IMG/VR virus record: IMGVR_UViG_3300009609_000013
DNA length: 45,557 nucleotides
Strand: one strand, 5' to 3'
DNA from: a virus
Shown here piece after piece: positions 23,950 through 34,530 of the stretch. The position numbers were made by a program, and so were the translations under genes. The first letter of the stretch is position 1; every line of letters begins with the position of its first letter. The notes below the pieces were generated by a model. It was not told the DNA's origin and did not search any database. It was given only the letters and a program-made list of their open reading frames with translations.

Positions 23950-25245
23950 ATGCCAGATATTACTATTTGGCCACGACCACTTCTAGTAAATAGTCAATAC
24001 CGGTTATTCTCTATTGTATTGCAGCCTAATGGTGGAGCATATTTGCTTGAGCTATATTTCATTAACGGTTCATGGACACAGCGTACAGTTGGGCTTGTAG
24101 GCGTCAGTAACCGCATTACTCAAGTTGATATTGCTGATTTTGGTGAGTTTTATGTAGTAGCAGGATTAGATGTAGGTGGTGTTGCTTACTGCTTTACACA
24201 GCAGGCAACATCAGTTACTTCTGCAAGCTTAATGAACGCAATAACAAATCCGCGTTTTGGTACGTGCTGCAATTTTCGCGGACAATTTCTTGCAGGAAAT
24301 ATTCAAACGGATACTCCAGACTCTGTTTGGGCTGAGTATGGTAGTGCTGGAATTATTTGGAGTGAAATAGGTAACTTTGAGCTTAGTCCTTCTATTGATC
24401 GTACGGCTGGATTTAAGCAAGAACAATTTCCTTTTAATACAGGCATAAAACCCGTAATTTATACAATGCTGCCGACACTGGAAGGTATAGTAGTTTACTC
24501 AAATTCAGGTGTAGTTTTACTCAAGCCCACACTTGTTGGTAACACCTTTGCTTATTCTGCTCAAAATCGCGAGGGTATTGGTGTAGCTTCTGGTAGACAC
24601 GTTGCTGGTGACTTGTATATTCAAGGATATGTGAACTTAGATAGAGAGTTCTATATTGTAGAAGCTAGTGGGCAGCAAACTAAGCGTGGTTATAAGGAAA
24701 TTCTAACACGAATGTTTGAGCAGGACCCGCGTATAATAGTAAGTTATTTACCTAAAGATTACCGCTTTTATGTAAGCAACTCAGTTGAATGCCTTATAAT
24801 TAATAAGTATGGTGCGTATCAGTGTCATCAGAAAGTAGCTGGTGCTGCTGTAGCTCCTAATGGCGTGCTTTATGGAAGCTTTATGGATGACTTGGATTTA
24901 GAAGCGCGCATAACTAGTGATAGTATGGACTTTGGTTCACGCGGAATTAAGCACGTAGAAAGCATGCTAGTAGGACTCGATCATCATGAGCTTACAGAGT
25001 CATTCGCGTCTGTTGACTGGCGTATGTCAGCGAACGAACCATTTACTGACTTTGAGTGGATTACATTAGGGATTAATGGCGAAGCTGGAATTCATGTAGG
25101 TGCTCGTGAATTTAGGATAAAGATGAAGATAAGCAATTACGTAGATTCACGAGTAGATTATTTAACGCCAAACATAAAGTATAGCGATCAACGCTTCAAG
25201 CGTGGCATCTCTCCAACTCAAGCTAATCGAGGAGTTGAGGGATGA
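23950..25245 (+). CDS. tail structural protein
   Basis: 431-aa ORF in the tail region. Confidence 0.65.
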   Translation: MPDITIWPRPLLVNSQYRLFSIVLQPNGGAYLLELYFINGSWTQRTVGLVGVSNRITQVDIADFGEFYVVAGLDVGGVAYCFTQQATSVTSASLMNAITNPRFGTCCNFRGQFLAGNIQTDTPDSVWAEYGSAGIIWSEIGNFELSPSIDRTAGFKQEQFPFNTGIKPVIYTMLPTLEGIVVYSNSGVVLLKPTLVGNTFAYSAQNREGIGVASGRHVAGDLYIQGYVNLDREFYIVEASGQQTKRGYKEILTRMFEQDPRIIVSYLPKDYRFYVSNSVECLIINKYGAYQCHQKVAGAAVAPNGVLYGSFMDDLDLEARITSDSMDFGSRGIKHVESMLVGLDHHELTESFASVDWRMSANEPFTDFEWITLGINGEAGIHVGAREFRIKMKISNYVDSRVDYLTPNIKYSDQRFKRGISPTQANRGVEG

Positions 25246-25694
25246 GTATAGAACTAACCAAGCTTACACCAGAGCAAGTTATGGAATACTGGCCCCAAAT
25301 ACGCGAGTGTATTGAGGTAAGTTTGCCGCCACTTGTTCGTGCGGATGCAGAAAGTATTTTAAGAGTGCAAGAAAGTTTACTTCTTGGCCGGCTCGAGTGT
25401 TGGGTTGCTAGTGAAACACGCGACTTAACAAAAACGTTAGGTATAGCAACTACGTGCTTTGTAACTGATGAAATTAGCTTAACCAAAAACCTGCTTATTT
25501 ATACTGCAACTACAATTGCACCGCACAGTCAAGACCTTTGGTCAGTATCGTATGGAGTATTAGCTAGATATGCACGTAGCCGCAACTGCAAGAATATCAT
25601 TGCGTACTCAGAACAGCCGGAGGTCATTAATTTAGTAGAGAGAATAGGTGGAACTAGTAACTGGCGAATACTGTACTTTGAACTAGGGAAGTAA
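25242..25694 (+). CDS. hypothetical protein
   Basis: 150-aa ORF with an ATGA overlap with the upstream gene. Confidence 0.6.
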   Translation: MSIELTKLTPEQVMEYWPQIRECIEVSLPPLVRADAESILRVQESLLLGRLECWVASETRDLTKTLGIATTCFVTDEISLTKNLLIYTATTIAPHSQDLWSVSYGVLARYARSRNCKNIIAYSEQPEVINLVERIGGTSNWRILYFELGK

Positions 25695-25770
25695 GCTCCT
25701 AGATGTAGATAATGAAAGCTCAAATGGCATGGCGTCATATGATAGCTGAAAGTAAGAAAGGACATAATAA

Positions 25771-27402
25771 ATGAGTGGAGGTGGAGGAGGCAGCAGTGGC
25801 CAAGTAAGTTATCCAGCTTATTTAGAAGAGTTTCATAAGAATCTTCTAAATCATGCTGGCGGTTCTGTAATTACGCGCTCATTTGCAGACGCAATAAATA
25901 GTGCTAATGAAAATAGTCCGTTTGACGGCGAGAATGCGTATGATCCACAGGATCAAGTGTCTCTAGTAGAAAACTTACTATCTACAGTTAGTGCAACAAT
26001 TAATGCTTTTGATGGAATCACGAGCTTTCAAACAGCATTTGCAGCTGCACTTGTATTACTTACTTTAGACACATCACCGCTAGAATCAGCGGCATTGGAC
26101 ACCGTTACATTAGATAGTGTCACTGCAACTACTGTTACGGCTGATGCTGCAACTGCTGACACCGTTACTGCTGACACAGTTACATTAGATACTACTGCAC
26201 TAAGTACAGCAGTAGCTGATGTAGCGGCTGTTGCATACACGTATGTTGCAAGTAGTATAACAGCTCCTGCTATTACTGCCGATACAATAGATGTCGATGA
26301 AACTGCACTTGCAGCTGATATTGCAGCGTACGCTGCAGCACTACTTGACAATTTAGAGAATGAAGTGCTGCCGCGCTATAAGGCAGGAATGCTTAATATT
26401 AATGCTATTACTACAAGTGCATTTGTAATAGGTGAAGCCATACTTTATGGCATGTACGATAGAGATGTCGCACGATATGCAGCAGAACAACGTGCTAAGT
26501 ATTTACTTGCTCAAGACCAGCTGAATACACAATTACTTGTAGCCGCCAGCGGACAGAATACACAGCTGCAAGTTGCAGAACTTAATGCAAATGCTGAATT
26601 CATACGTCAGGCAAATCAGCTGAATGCACAAGAGAATCTTGCTGTACGTGAAGAAACACGCGTGTATAAAGTTTCTGCCAGCGAACAGAACTCCAGATTC
26701 AAAGTAGCAAATACAAGTGAGACTGTACAGCTAAAAATTGCTCACAGTAATCAGGAAGTGCAACTCAAAACTACTGCCAGTGACCAAAATGCTAGATTCA
26801 AACTTGCTGCCAGTGAACAGACTACGCGATTTAAGCTTTCGGCTGGTGAGCGTAATACACAACTGGTAATTACTGCCAGTGAACAGAACACGAAATTCAA
26901 GCTGAATTTTCAGGACAATACAGTAAAACTCAAACTTACTGCTAGTGATCAGAACATGCGATTCAAGCTGCAAAAGAATGAGATAGATGGAAACTTTAAG
27001 ATTAACCGATGGAAGAACGCAATAGTTTCAGCTGGTGAAATGTCGCGGCTTATTACCACTAAGCTTGAGATGCAACGTGGACTAATTGATGGTTCAGTAA
27101 AAGGAAATGCTTTTATAGTACTTGCACGAAAAGAAGAATCAGATGAAAACTTAAAGATAGCTGAGCATGCATCCAGCTGGGAAATTGATCTCTTCCAGAA
27201 AGCAGCTAATTTAATGGCCAGCATTAGCGGTGGTACTGCACCGAGCACTAAAAGACCATCGCAAGCAGTAAGCGCACTTTCAGGAGCACTTTCAGGTGCT
27301 GCAACTGGCGCGGCGGTAGGTAGTGCGTTTCCTGGCTACGGCACGGCAATAGGTGCGGTTGCAGGTGCTGTGTTAGGAGGCGTTGGTGGATACTTGCAAT
27401 AA
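25771..27402 (+). CDS. internal virion/ejection protein with tandem 11-aa repeats and a Gly-rich hydrophobic C-terminus
   Basis: Ten in-phase 33-nt repeats at 26671-27000 (for example TASEQNTKFKL and TASDQNMRFKL). A T/V/A/D repeat tract lies at ~26090-26200. The C-terminus is GAATGAAVGSAFPGYGTAIGAVAGAVLGGVGGYLQ. Confidence 0.7.
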   Translation: MSGGGGGSSGQVSYPAYLEEFHKNLLNHAGGSVITRSFADAINSANENSPFDGENAYDPQDQVSLVENLLSTVSATINAFDGITSFQTAFAAALVLLTLDTSPLESAALDTVTLDSVTATTVTADAATADTVTADTVTLDTTALSTAVADVAAVAYTYVASSITAPAITADTIDVDETALAADIAAYAAALLDNLENEVLPRYKAGMLNINAITTSAFVIGEAILYGMYDRDVARYAAEQRAKYLLAQDQLNTQLLVAASGQNTQLQVAELNANAEFIRQANQLNAQENLAVREETRVYKVSASEQNSRFKVANTSETVQLKIAHSNQEVQLKTTASDQNARFKLAASEQTTRFKLSAGERNTQLVITASEQNTKFKLNFQDNTVKLKLTASDQNMRFKLQKNEIDGNFKINRWKNAIVSAGEMSRLITTKLEMQRGLIDGSVKGNAFIVLARKEESDENLKIAEHASSWEIDLFQKAANLMASISGGTAPSTKRPSQAVSALSGALSGAATGAAVGSAFPGYGTAIGAVAGAVLGGVGGYLQ

Positions 27403-27405
27403 TTA

Positions 27406-27428
27406 CTTTGGTTAAATTCTAACCGCAG
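27406..27428. promoter_or_regulatory. palindromic motif copy M8 (ctttGGTTAAATTCTAACCgcag)
   Basis: Intergenic, 20 nt 5' of ATG 27445. Confidence 0.8.
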
Positions 27429-27444
27429 CATTGGAGATTAAGCA

Positions 27445-28038
27445 ATGGCAACAACTGGCATGTTCGGTAGTATGAGTGACTGGCTAAAGAAGCCTGAGAA
27501 TCAAAATCTACTCGCTGGTATAGGTATGAAATTAGATCCTCAGGGAGTTGGTGGTGCTTTAGGAGGTGCTACAACTGCATATAATCAGTCACAGATTGCA
27601 GCTAATCGTGCTCAAACACAAGAAGAAGCACGCAAGCACCAGCAGCGTGTACTGCTTTATACACTAGAGAATATGGCTAATCCTCAAGGCAACTTGCTTA
27701 CTCCTAAAGGTGAGCAAGGTGTTACGGGAGTTAAAGCTAACAGTGACGGCAGCGTACGAATTGATGCTGATTTACCAGGGCCTGCCCAACAAACTACTCC
27801 ATCAAAAGCTGCACCACAACAGCTACAAACAAGTACGAGCAATGTTAATACTCCTTCTCCTGCTGTTAGCCCAGCGGGTGCGGAATTACTTGATCAAGGA
27901 ACAAGTGCAAATCCACTTACTTTAGAAGGAACTACTGTCACTGCTCAAAGAGAGCCCGTGCAGACTACTCCTGTTACTCAGTCTACTCCTACTCCTTCTA
28001 GACCTTTTGATATAAGGAGCATAATCCCTTTCTTATGA
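27445..28038 (+). CDS. internal virion protein (Gln/Pro/Thr-rich)
   Basis: 197-aa ORF with GGAG upstream. Confidence 0.65.
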   Translation: MATTGMFGSMSDWLKKPENQNLLAGIGMKLDPQGVGGALGGATTAYNQSQIAANRAQTQEEARKHQQRVLLYTLENMANPQGNLLTPKGEQGVTGVKANSDGSVRIDADLPGPAQQTTPSKAAPQQLQTSTSNVNTPSPAVSPAGAELLDQGTSANPLTLEGTTVTAQREPVQTTPVTQSTPTPSRPFDIRSIIPFL

Positions 28039-29096
28039 GCCCAGCTGGTGGTGGTTCACTTGCTGGGCTTACTCCAGAACAAATAGCTACAACATTACAA
28101 GTAGAGAATCAAGCTGAGAATCTACGCCAGCAATCAGTATCTAGCATAATTCAAGGTGCTGATGTAGAATCGCAGATTGCATACCGTCAAGCAACAGGCG
28201 AATTGAATCGCGCACAGGCAGACTCGCTACGTGCTGAGCAGCCGCATATAGCACAAAGACGACTAGCTGAAATTGATGCGAACAGAGCATTGACTGCTGA
28301 ACGCCAGCAGCAAACACTAAGTAACAGAACACTTCTACCAGAACAAGTTGCGGCACAACGTGCTAATGTTCGACAGAGTGATGCGGCAGCACGTTCATCT
28401 GATGCTCTCACCAGACAGCGAACAGAAATGCTTGCTTATGAGAAGCGCCAAGCTGATGCTAATATCGAGCAAAGTCTTGCAGCAGCTGGATATTCACGTG
28501 CTAATGCGGCACGCGTTGCAACAACCGCACCAAAAGAAGCTGAATTATTACAGAATCAGATTGATGAGTATGTAACTATGCAGCTAAAGACTGGGCCTGA
28601 TTCTGAGCAGACATTTAAGATGAAGGGTCCAGCATTACTTGATGACATAACCAAAACACGCCAGCAAATGATTACTAACTACAAAGAAGCTGAGCGCTTG
28701 AAGCGTGAAGCTCGTAAGGATGCACAAACAGCGCTTACTGCTTCCACTAGAGCCGAGCAGAATATTCTCGCTAAGAAGCCCGGTGGCTATAAGATTGAGA
28801 AGGATGAAGGCGAGCTAGCAACTGATGCGGATATGTTCCACGCTACAAGCCAGAAGCCATATGTGTATATACTAGAATCCGAGCCTGGAAATATTTACGG
28901 CAGTACACCACGCATGAAAAAGCGTGATTTGCCTACAGTAGGTGGCCATAGCTACACTGCACAAGAAATATATGATAAAGCTGAAGCTCGTAGTATGACT
29001 GTTCAGCAGTACATGGAACAAGTATTTTATCCTAAGCTTCAACAACCAGTTCCATGGAAAACTGCTGTAACTAGTATACCTAAAACAACTCAATAG
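28035..29096 (+). CDS. internal virion protein (Gln/Ala/Arg-rich coiled coil)
   Basis: 353-aa ORF with an ATGA overlap with the upstream gene. Confidence 0.65.
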   Translation: MSPAGGGSLAGLTPEQIATTLQVENQAENLRQQSVSSIIQGADVESQIAYRQATGELNRAQADSLRAEQPHIAQRRLAEIDANRALTAERQQQTLSNRTLLPEQVAAQRANVRQSDAAARSSDALTRQRTEMLAYEKRQADANIEQSLAAAGYSRANAARVATTAPKEAELLQNQIDEYVTMQLKTGPDSEQTFKMKGPALLDDITKTRQQMITNYKEAERLKREARKDAQTALTASTRAEQNILAKKPGGYKIEKDEGELATDADMFHATSQKPYVYILESEPGNIYGSTPRMKKRDLPTVGGHSYTAQEIYDKAEARSMTVQQYMEQVFYPKLQQPVPWKTAVTSIPKTTQ

Positions 29097-29112
29097 TTGC
29101 TCACAAGAATTA

Positions 29113-29135
29113 GTGTGGTTACATTTTAACCAAAG
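29113..29135. promoter_or_regulatory. palindromic motif copy M9 (gtgtGGTTACATTTTAACCaaag)
   Basis: Intergenic, 65 nt 5' of element D. Confidence 0.7.
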
Positions 29136-29196
29136 CAACAATGTAAAACTGTGGTGCCGAGCAACGCGAGGTCAGTGATTCCCTGTACTTCAGCGC

Positions 29197-29348
29197 GGCC
29201 AGGCATTTTCCCGCAGGTGGACATCCGAGTGAACGAGAGGAAGCAGGTTCTGTCAAGTTGCCGACTGTAAGGAGGCCGAACGTAGTGAGTCTTGACAGGT
29301 TCTGCTGTAAGGAGTAAACTCCCTAGGCCACCGTAGGGAAATGACTGC
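29197..29348 (+). repeat. structured intergenic element, copy D
   Basis: ggccaggcattttccc pairs with gggaaatgactgc. The hairpin is 29250-29298 (ctgtcaag...cttgacag). It shares the 21-nt block cgaacgtagtgagtcttgaca with copy E. Confidence 0.7.
29292..29320 (+). promoter_or_regulatory. sigma70-like promoter embedded in element D (TTGACA-N17-TAAACT)
   Basis: tcTTGACAggttctgctgtaaggagTAAACTccctagg, ~55 nt upstream of GTG 29376. Confidence 0.5.
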
Positions 29349-29375
29349 GAAAGCTGTTTACGGAGGTAATAGAAA

Positions 29376-32300
29376 GTGTCTACAGTTGTACCAATTAGCG
29401 TAAATAAACTCTTTGGGCTTGGTGACGATTTTAATATACTTGACCCAAAGCCAGCGTTTAATCCACTTACTCCTTTGACTACGCCTGCTAAACCCGATCT
29501 TGAAGAAGCATTAAATAATCACTATAATGCAACTAGCGAAACTAAGCTTGTTGGCGATCAGCTTCCTCCACCAGTGTCACAAACTCCTGAAACAATACAA
29601 GCAGGCAGAACTACTCTATCTAAAGCAGGTGATTTACCTATTGCTGCAGCAAAATTAGCAGATACTGGTGTAGGCTACCTAAATCAAGCAATTCGTGGGC
29701 ACACTAAATTCTTGACCGATGTTGGTGAAGGTATGTTTGGAGCTGCAACTGGACTAGTAACTGGTGCAGCTAGTATGGCACTTTCAGCTTCGGACGTACT
29801 AAACACGTATGCCGCACGTACTGCTCGTGAGGGTCCATTTGCAGGCTCGCCATTTGTTGAACCTACACAAGCAACTCAACGAGCATCTATGCCTGATGTC
29901 TTTGCCACACCAGCTGAACAATCTCCTACACATTTCCGCGATATATTCAAGCGTTCAGAAGAAGCAACAAAAGGCTGGAGTTATGAACCTAAATCAGAAA
30001 CTGGAAAGAAGACACTGGAATTGATTAACACTGTTCCACACGCAATTAAAGCAACGTCTGATTTTATTGCTGATCAAGCTACTAAAATTGGCATGGACCC
30101 AGACAAAGCTAGATTGCTCAGCTTTGGAATGGAGCTAGTTTTATTTTACGGCTTAGACAAAGGTGTGCGTGCAGCTGCACCAGAACTGCGTTCGCGAGTA
30201 TCTGATTTACGAACAAAAGTACGCAATGCTCGCACTGATGGAGAATTGCTTTCAGCGCCAGTTTTAGAATCAGCTACACGACTTGCCGAATCTGTGAACC
30301 GTTATCCAGAAGCTGGACCTGCGCTTGATGCAGCACGTGCACGATTAGTAGAAACTCTGCGTCGTCCTATCACGGACTTGACAACTACTTTACGTGAGCC
30401 TGTTACTCAGCTAACTGATACCTTACGAACTCGTGCTGAAGAACCAGTTACAGGATTAGCTGATGTATTACGTCGTAGACAAGAGCAATTAGGAGCAGCT
30501 CCTGGTGACAGCGTGCGAGCGCCAGAAGTAGCAGCTGCTGCACCCCGTGAAGTTGCTCCAGCACCAGCTTTAGGGGACGTATCTGTAGCAGCTGCTGCAC
30601 CTGAACGTATGCAGCCAGCTTCTGATGCTGCTAGTAATTATGGCTTAGGATATAGAGAAGTTACTGCTGATGGACGCGGTTCAGCACGACACTTATATAA
30701 CAACGCTATGTCACCTGAGGCACCTAAATCCGTACAAACTTCCGCACTTGGCGAGCTTAAATCAATAGCACGTGAAGGATTACGTAATAATGAATCTACA
30801 CGTATAGGCCTTGAACGATTAGGATTTTCACCAGAAGAGATTACAGCTGTTGAACCTAGGCTCAGACAGGTACGTGCAACAAAATCAGCAGAATCTGTGC
30901 CTGCTACCTCAGCAAGTACTCAAATACCAGCTGGCGTTGAAACTCCTGTTTCTGCAGTGCGTGGTGAGCTTGATTTTGGAGGAATGTTTAGTGACTTAGC
31001 TGGTGCTATTGGTGGGAGCTTTAAAGATATGCTGTGGGATCAGTACGGAAAAGGCTCCGTCCAAAATACAGCACGCGTTCCTGAGCTTAGTTTGCAGGTA
31101 GCCAAAGCACTTAAAGATGCAGGTATTGACATTCCGCGTTCTCGATTTGATAGTATGATTACTGAGATTGAAAAAATACGAGCTATTGCCAGTGAACAAG
31201 GCTTGCGTGGTGAAGCATTTAGGCAACCTGTTGCAGAATACTATAATAATTTGAAGCGTGAACTTGAAGAAGGTAAACGCATAACTACAGAAGTTGCTAA
31301 GCCTGATGTGCAGCTAACACAAACTCCAGAAGGTGAGCTATCATATGTTAAGCCTACAGGAGAAGTAGTAGCTAAGGCTACTGAATTACCGGCTCAAGTT
31401 GAGCTTGCAAGAGCAGCTCCTGGTGAAACCGTCACTTTGCCTCCTGCTCCGGGTATAGTAGACACAGCTCCGGTATTAGAGAAGCCTAAACGTCAACGTA
31501 AAATTGTGAAAGCTAAAGAAGAATCTCCAGTGACTGCTCAAGATACAGTTGCTGGGATCGCTGCGGATGCAGGAGTAGAATTGGGCCCTACTCCTGCCCG
31601 CAGTAGTGCAGTAAGTTATTATCCAGTACGTTCAATGACTGAATTAGGTGAGCGTTTAGGTAATGCTATTCCTGAGGCTGGCACAATTGCTCCTGAGCGT
31701 GCAGCTATTCAAGTTCGTACTAACACTGTGGGTGCTAAGCCTGATGCACTATTTCTCGACACTACTGGTCTAAATACCTTAACTACACTCGCAGAAATTG
31801 AGAAACAAATTTCACGTGGTCGAATGAGTAGAGAGACTGGCGAGGCAATGATTGCTAATTTACGCCGCCAGGCAGAAATAGGAGATACAACTCTAGCTAA
31901 TGCACATGAGTATAATGGCCAACGATTGCAGCGTGAAGCAACATTAATGGCTGATATGTTAGGCATAGATTTGTACGTAAAGAAAGGTAAGAATTATGAA
32001 CAGGTTCCGCGTGATGTAGTTGCTGCTGATGCTAAGCTTAATCGTGGTGATGTTACTACTCCATCTGGAGTTACTAAGGATGAAGCTGCAGCACTTGCTG
32101 ATTTCAGATCTGCTCCAATAGGACCGGAGCAATTGAAGGAAATTATTGACTCATCAGAGAAAGGTATAGATATAAGCAATAGTTTACCGAGCGAACTTGC
32201 TCCGCATTATCGCACACTACTTGAAGCTGAGCGACAAGGAATTAACTTATCAGAACGCCGTAATTTTATAGACATTTTGAAGGACGTAAATACTTTACTT

Positions 32301-34529
32301 GGTGAATCAGGTGCTATTGGTGGACGTGGACCATTCAACTTTAATCGAGAACGGCGAATGGCAGCTCAGCGACTCGAAGCTGACGCACGCCGTATTGGTT
32401 CAGGCTTTACTGATCTCTTTCGCCGTACACTTCCACCAGAACAGATACCAATGTTTGAGCGCTACTTAGAAGGTATATCTAATCCTGAACCACCAAAGGG
32501 TGTAGGACCGCAGCGAATGTCGCTTGACCCTGATGCTATTGCACGTGGCGATCAAGTAGTTAAGCATAGAGTAAATACTGAAGGTATTCCTCAAGGTCCA
32601 CCACTGTGGGAAAGTGATGTTATTCCTATTTATGATGCAGCTAACCCAGGTCGAAGTACATTTCGTGGACTAGAAGTTCCTATCTATTTAATGGAGCGAA
32701 TGGGACTGAAGGATCCAATTTACTACGCATATCGCACCGCGCAAAACGAGTATAATTTAGCACTCAATGCAATGCGTAAAGACTTGAAGTCAATGACCAA
32801 ATACTTCAGTCCATCATCGCGTGAGAGAATAGGCGCATATGCGTACTCAACAACGCCTGAGGGTATGAGATTACTAGAGCGTGCTAAGACAGAAGTTCCT
32901 ACTCTCAATCCAGCTGAGATGCGTGCGTACAATGAAATGCGCGGTATATATGAGGATTTCTATAACCGCATAAATGAAGTGCGTGAGGCGACCGGTCACG
33001 AACCGCTAATAAAGGTAGACAATTACTTTACTATGGCTCGTAGCTTCTCTGTAATGGAGCGGCTTGGAATAGTGCCAGATATGCTGCGTCATCCTCCAGC
33101 TGACATCAATGCTCAATTCACGAATCACTCAATTACACCGTTCCCGCATGCACGCTTACGAAGCGGCAGTACATACGCAGCTGAATTTGATGCCTTTCGT
33201 TTGATGGACCGATATGCAAGCTCATCATTGAAGCAAATACATATTGCTCCATTTATCTCGAAGCTCAATGAACTAATCGAAACTAAACTGCCTGATCCTA
33301 CTCAAACTAGCAAGCCTTGGGCTGAGCGTGATGTAAACTGGTCCCTAAAAGAGCAGAACGCAAATGCTTATAATGTACTGCATAGTTGGAAGGAATATCT
33401 TGCAACTGGCACAAATCAGTACAAGTTGCCACAGAAGGTTGAGAACTTCATTACAGTAGTTGGTAATAATCTAGCATATTCACTGCTGTCTGCTAACTTG
33501 CGTTCAGCCGGTGTGCAAATTAGTACGATGCGTAATACCTTCCAATCATTAGGATACATTCCAACAGTAGAGGGTGTTACTCGTTCTATAGGTGATATTG
33601 CAGCTGGTGGTGAACGCTGGAAGCGAGCACTCGATAAATCAGAAATTTTATCAGGACGGCGTTATCAAGATGCATTTTCTGGTATGGAATTTAGCTTAAC
33701 TGGATTTCGGCCACGGGAACTAGTAGGTGCAATTACTAGAGGACGATTCACTGAAATACAAGGTGCAGCCGCAGGTGCTGGTATGAAGTTCTTAGAAGTA
33801 ATGGATATGGTAAGTGCTAATGTGAGCTGGAATGCAGCGTACGATCATGCAACGAAAGCGTTGCGTAAAACTGATCGTGAGGCAATTAGAATTGCTGATG
33901 ACTTAGTGGTTAAGACCCAAGGTTCTACTATGCCTGGGGACTTAGCTGGCATTCAGCGTAGTGTAGCAGGTAAAGCTCTCACTCAATTCCAAACGTTCCT
34001 AATTAGCGATTGGAACTTTCTGCAACGTGAAGTGCTGGGATTAAAGGATCCTAAAATGACTTGGGGTGATACTGCTATGAATGCGGCAAGGTTTGTAGGT
34101 ACGACCGCAGCATTCAATGTTCTCTTTGAGAATGTACTTAACGTGCAGTCTCCATTTCCAACGTTTGTTAAAGATGCTAAATCTGCAATAGCGGATAATG
34201 ACAGCGATCCTTTGAAGATAGCATGGCGCTTAGCATCCGGCATACTTGAACCAATTCCAGTTATTGGTGCTTCTAGATACGGCAAAAGTATTGCAGGTCC
34301 TGCAGTAGAAGTAGGGCGCGATTTTACTCGTGGATTAGCTGGTTCTCCGCTGGCACCAAGTCCTTATGAATCACTAGCTAAAATGGCAGGTATTCCAGGC
34401 ACGCAGCAAATAGCTAAAACTTTACGTGCCAGGAACCGCGGAGAAGGTTGGTATAATTCTATCACTGGCTGGTATAGTGAAGATACAGGCACTAGGCGAG
34501 AAAGAGGTGGAAGACGTGCTAGAGATTAA
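29376..34529 (+). CDS. very large virion protein (1717 aa; internal core/ejection-protein candidate)
   Basis: GTG start with GGAGG upstream. It is the last large gene of the structural arm. An Ala/Arg/Pro-rich low-complexity segment holds three EPVTxLxDxLR-like repeats (~30350-30480). I could find no polymerase or lysozyme motif. Confidence 0.75.
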   Translation: MSTVVPISVNKLFGLGDDFNILDPKPAFNPLTPLTTPAKPDLEEALNNHYNATSETKLVGDQLPPPVSQTPETIQAGRTTLSKAGDLPIAAAKLADTGVGYLNQAIRGHTKFLTDVGEGMFGAATGLVTGAASMALSASDVLNTYAARTAREGPFAGSPFVEPTQATQRASMPDVFATPAEQSPTHFRDIFKRSEEATKGWSYEPKSETGKKTLELINTVPHAIKATSDFIADQATKIGMDPDKARLLSFGMELVLFYGLDKGVRAAAPELRSRVSDLRTKVRNARTDGELLSAPVLESATRLAESVNRYPEAGPALDAARARLVETLRRPITDLTTTLREPVTQLTDTLRTRAEEPVTGLADVLRRRQEQLGAAPGDSVRAPEVAAAAPREVAPAPALGDVSVAAAAPERMQPASDAASNYGLGYREVTADGRGSARHLYNNAMSPEAPKSVQTSALGELKSIAREGLRNNESTRIGLERLGFSPEEITAVEPRLRQVRATKSAESVPATSASTQIPAGVETPVSAVRGELDFGGMFSDLAGAIGGSFKDMLWDQYGKGSVQNTARVPELSLQVAKALKDAGIDIPRSRFDSMITEIEKIRAIASEQGLRGEAFRQPVAEYYNNLKRELEEGKRITTEVAKPDVQLTQTPEGELSYVKPTGEVVAKATELPAQVELARAAPGETVTLPPAPGIVDTAPVLEKPKRQRKIVKAKEESPVTAQDTVAGIAADAGVELGPTPARSSAVSYYPVRSMTELGERLGNAIPEAGTIAPERAAIQVRTNTVGAKPDALFLDTTGLNTLTTLAEIEKQISRGRMSRETGEAMIANLRRQAEIGDTTLANAHEYNGQRLQREATLMADMLGIDLYVKKGKNYEQVPRDVVAADAKLNRGDVTTPSGVTKDEAAALADFRSAPIGPEQLKEIIDSSEKGIDISNSLPSELAPHYRTLLEAERQGINLSERRNFIDILKDVNTLLGESGAIGGRGPFNFNRERRMAAQRLEADARRIGSGFTDLFRRTLPPEQIPMFERYLEGISNPEPPKGVGPQRMSLDPDAIARGDQVVKHRVNTEGIPQGPPLWESDVIPIYDAANPGRSTFRGLEVPIYLMERMGLKDPIYYAYRTAQNEYNLALNAMRKDLKSMTKYFSPSSRERIGAYAYSTTPEGMRLLERAKTEVPTLNPAEMRAYNEMRGIYEDFYNRINEVREATGHEPLIKVDNYFTMARSFSVMERLGIVPDMLRHPPADINAQFTNHSITPFPHARLRSGSTYAAEFDAFRLMDRYASSSLKQIHIAPFISKLNELIETKLPDPTQTSKPWAERDVNWSLKEQNANAYNVLHSWKEYLATGTNQYKLPQKVENFITVVGNNLAYSLLSANLRSAGVQISTMRNTFQSLGYIPTVEGVTRSIGDIAAGGERWKRALDKSEILSGRRYQDAFSGMEFSLTGFRPRELVGAITRGRFTEIQGAAAGAGMKFLEVMDMVSANVSWNAAYDHATKALRKTDREAIRIADDLVVKTQGSTMPGDLAGIQRSVAGKALTQFQTFLISDWNFLQREVLGLKDPKMTWGDTAMNAARFVGTTAAFNVLFENVLNVQSPFPTFVKDAKSAIADNDSDPLKIAWRLASGILEPIPVIGASRYGKSIAGPAVEVGRDFTRGLAGSPLAPSPYESLAKMAGIPGTQQIAKTLRARNRGEGWYNSITGWYSEDTGTRRERGGRRARD

Positions 34530-34530
34530 T

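Noticed and set aside
26028-27248. Minus-strand ORFs 26028-26351, 26731-26973 and 26949-27248.
   Set aside because: They are antisense to the repeat-containing virion gene and arise from its low-complexity repeats.
34426-34530. ATG 34426 as the start of the OmpA-like gene.
   Set aside because: It overlaps the 1717-aa gene by 104 nt and translates palindrome M10. The lipoprotein signal peptide begins only around 34560.
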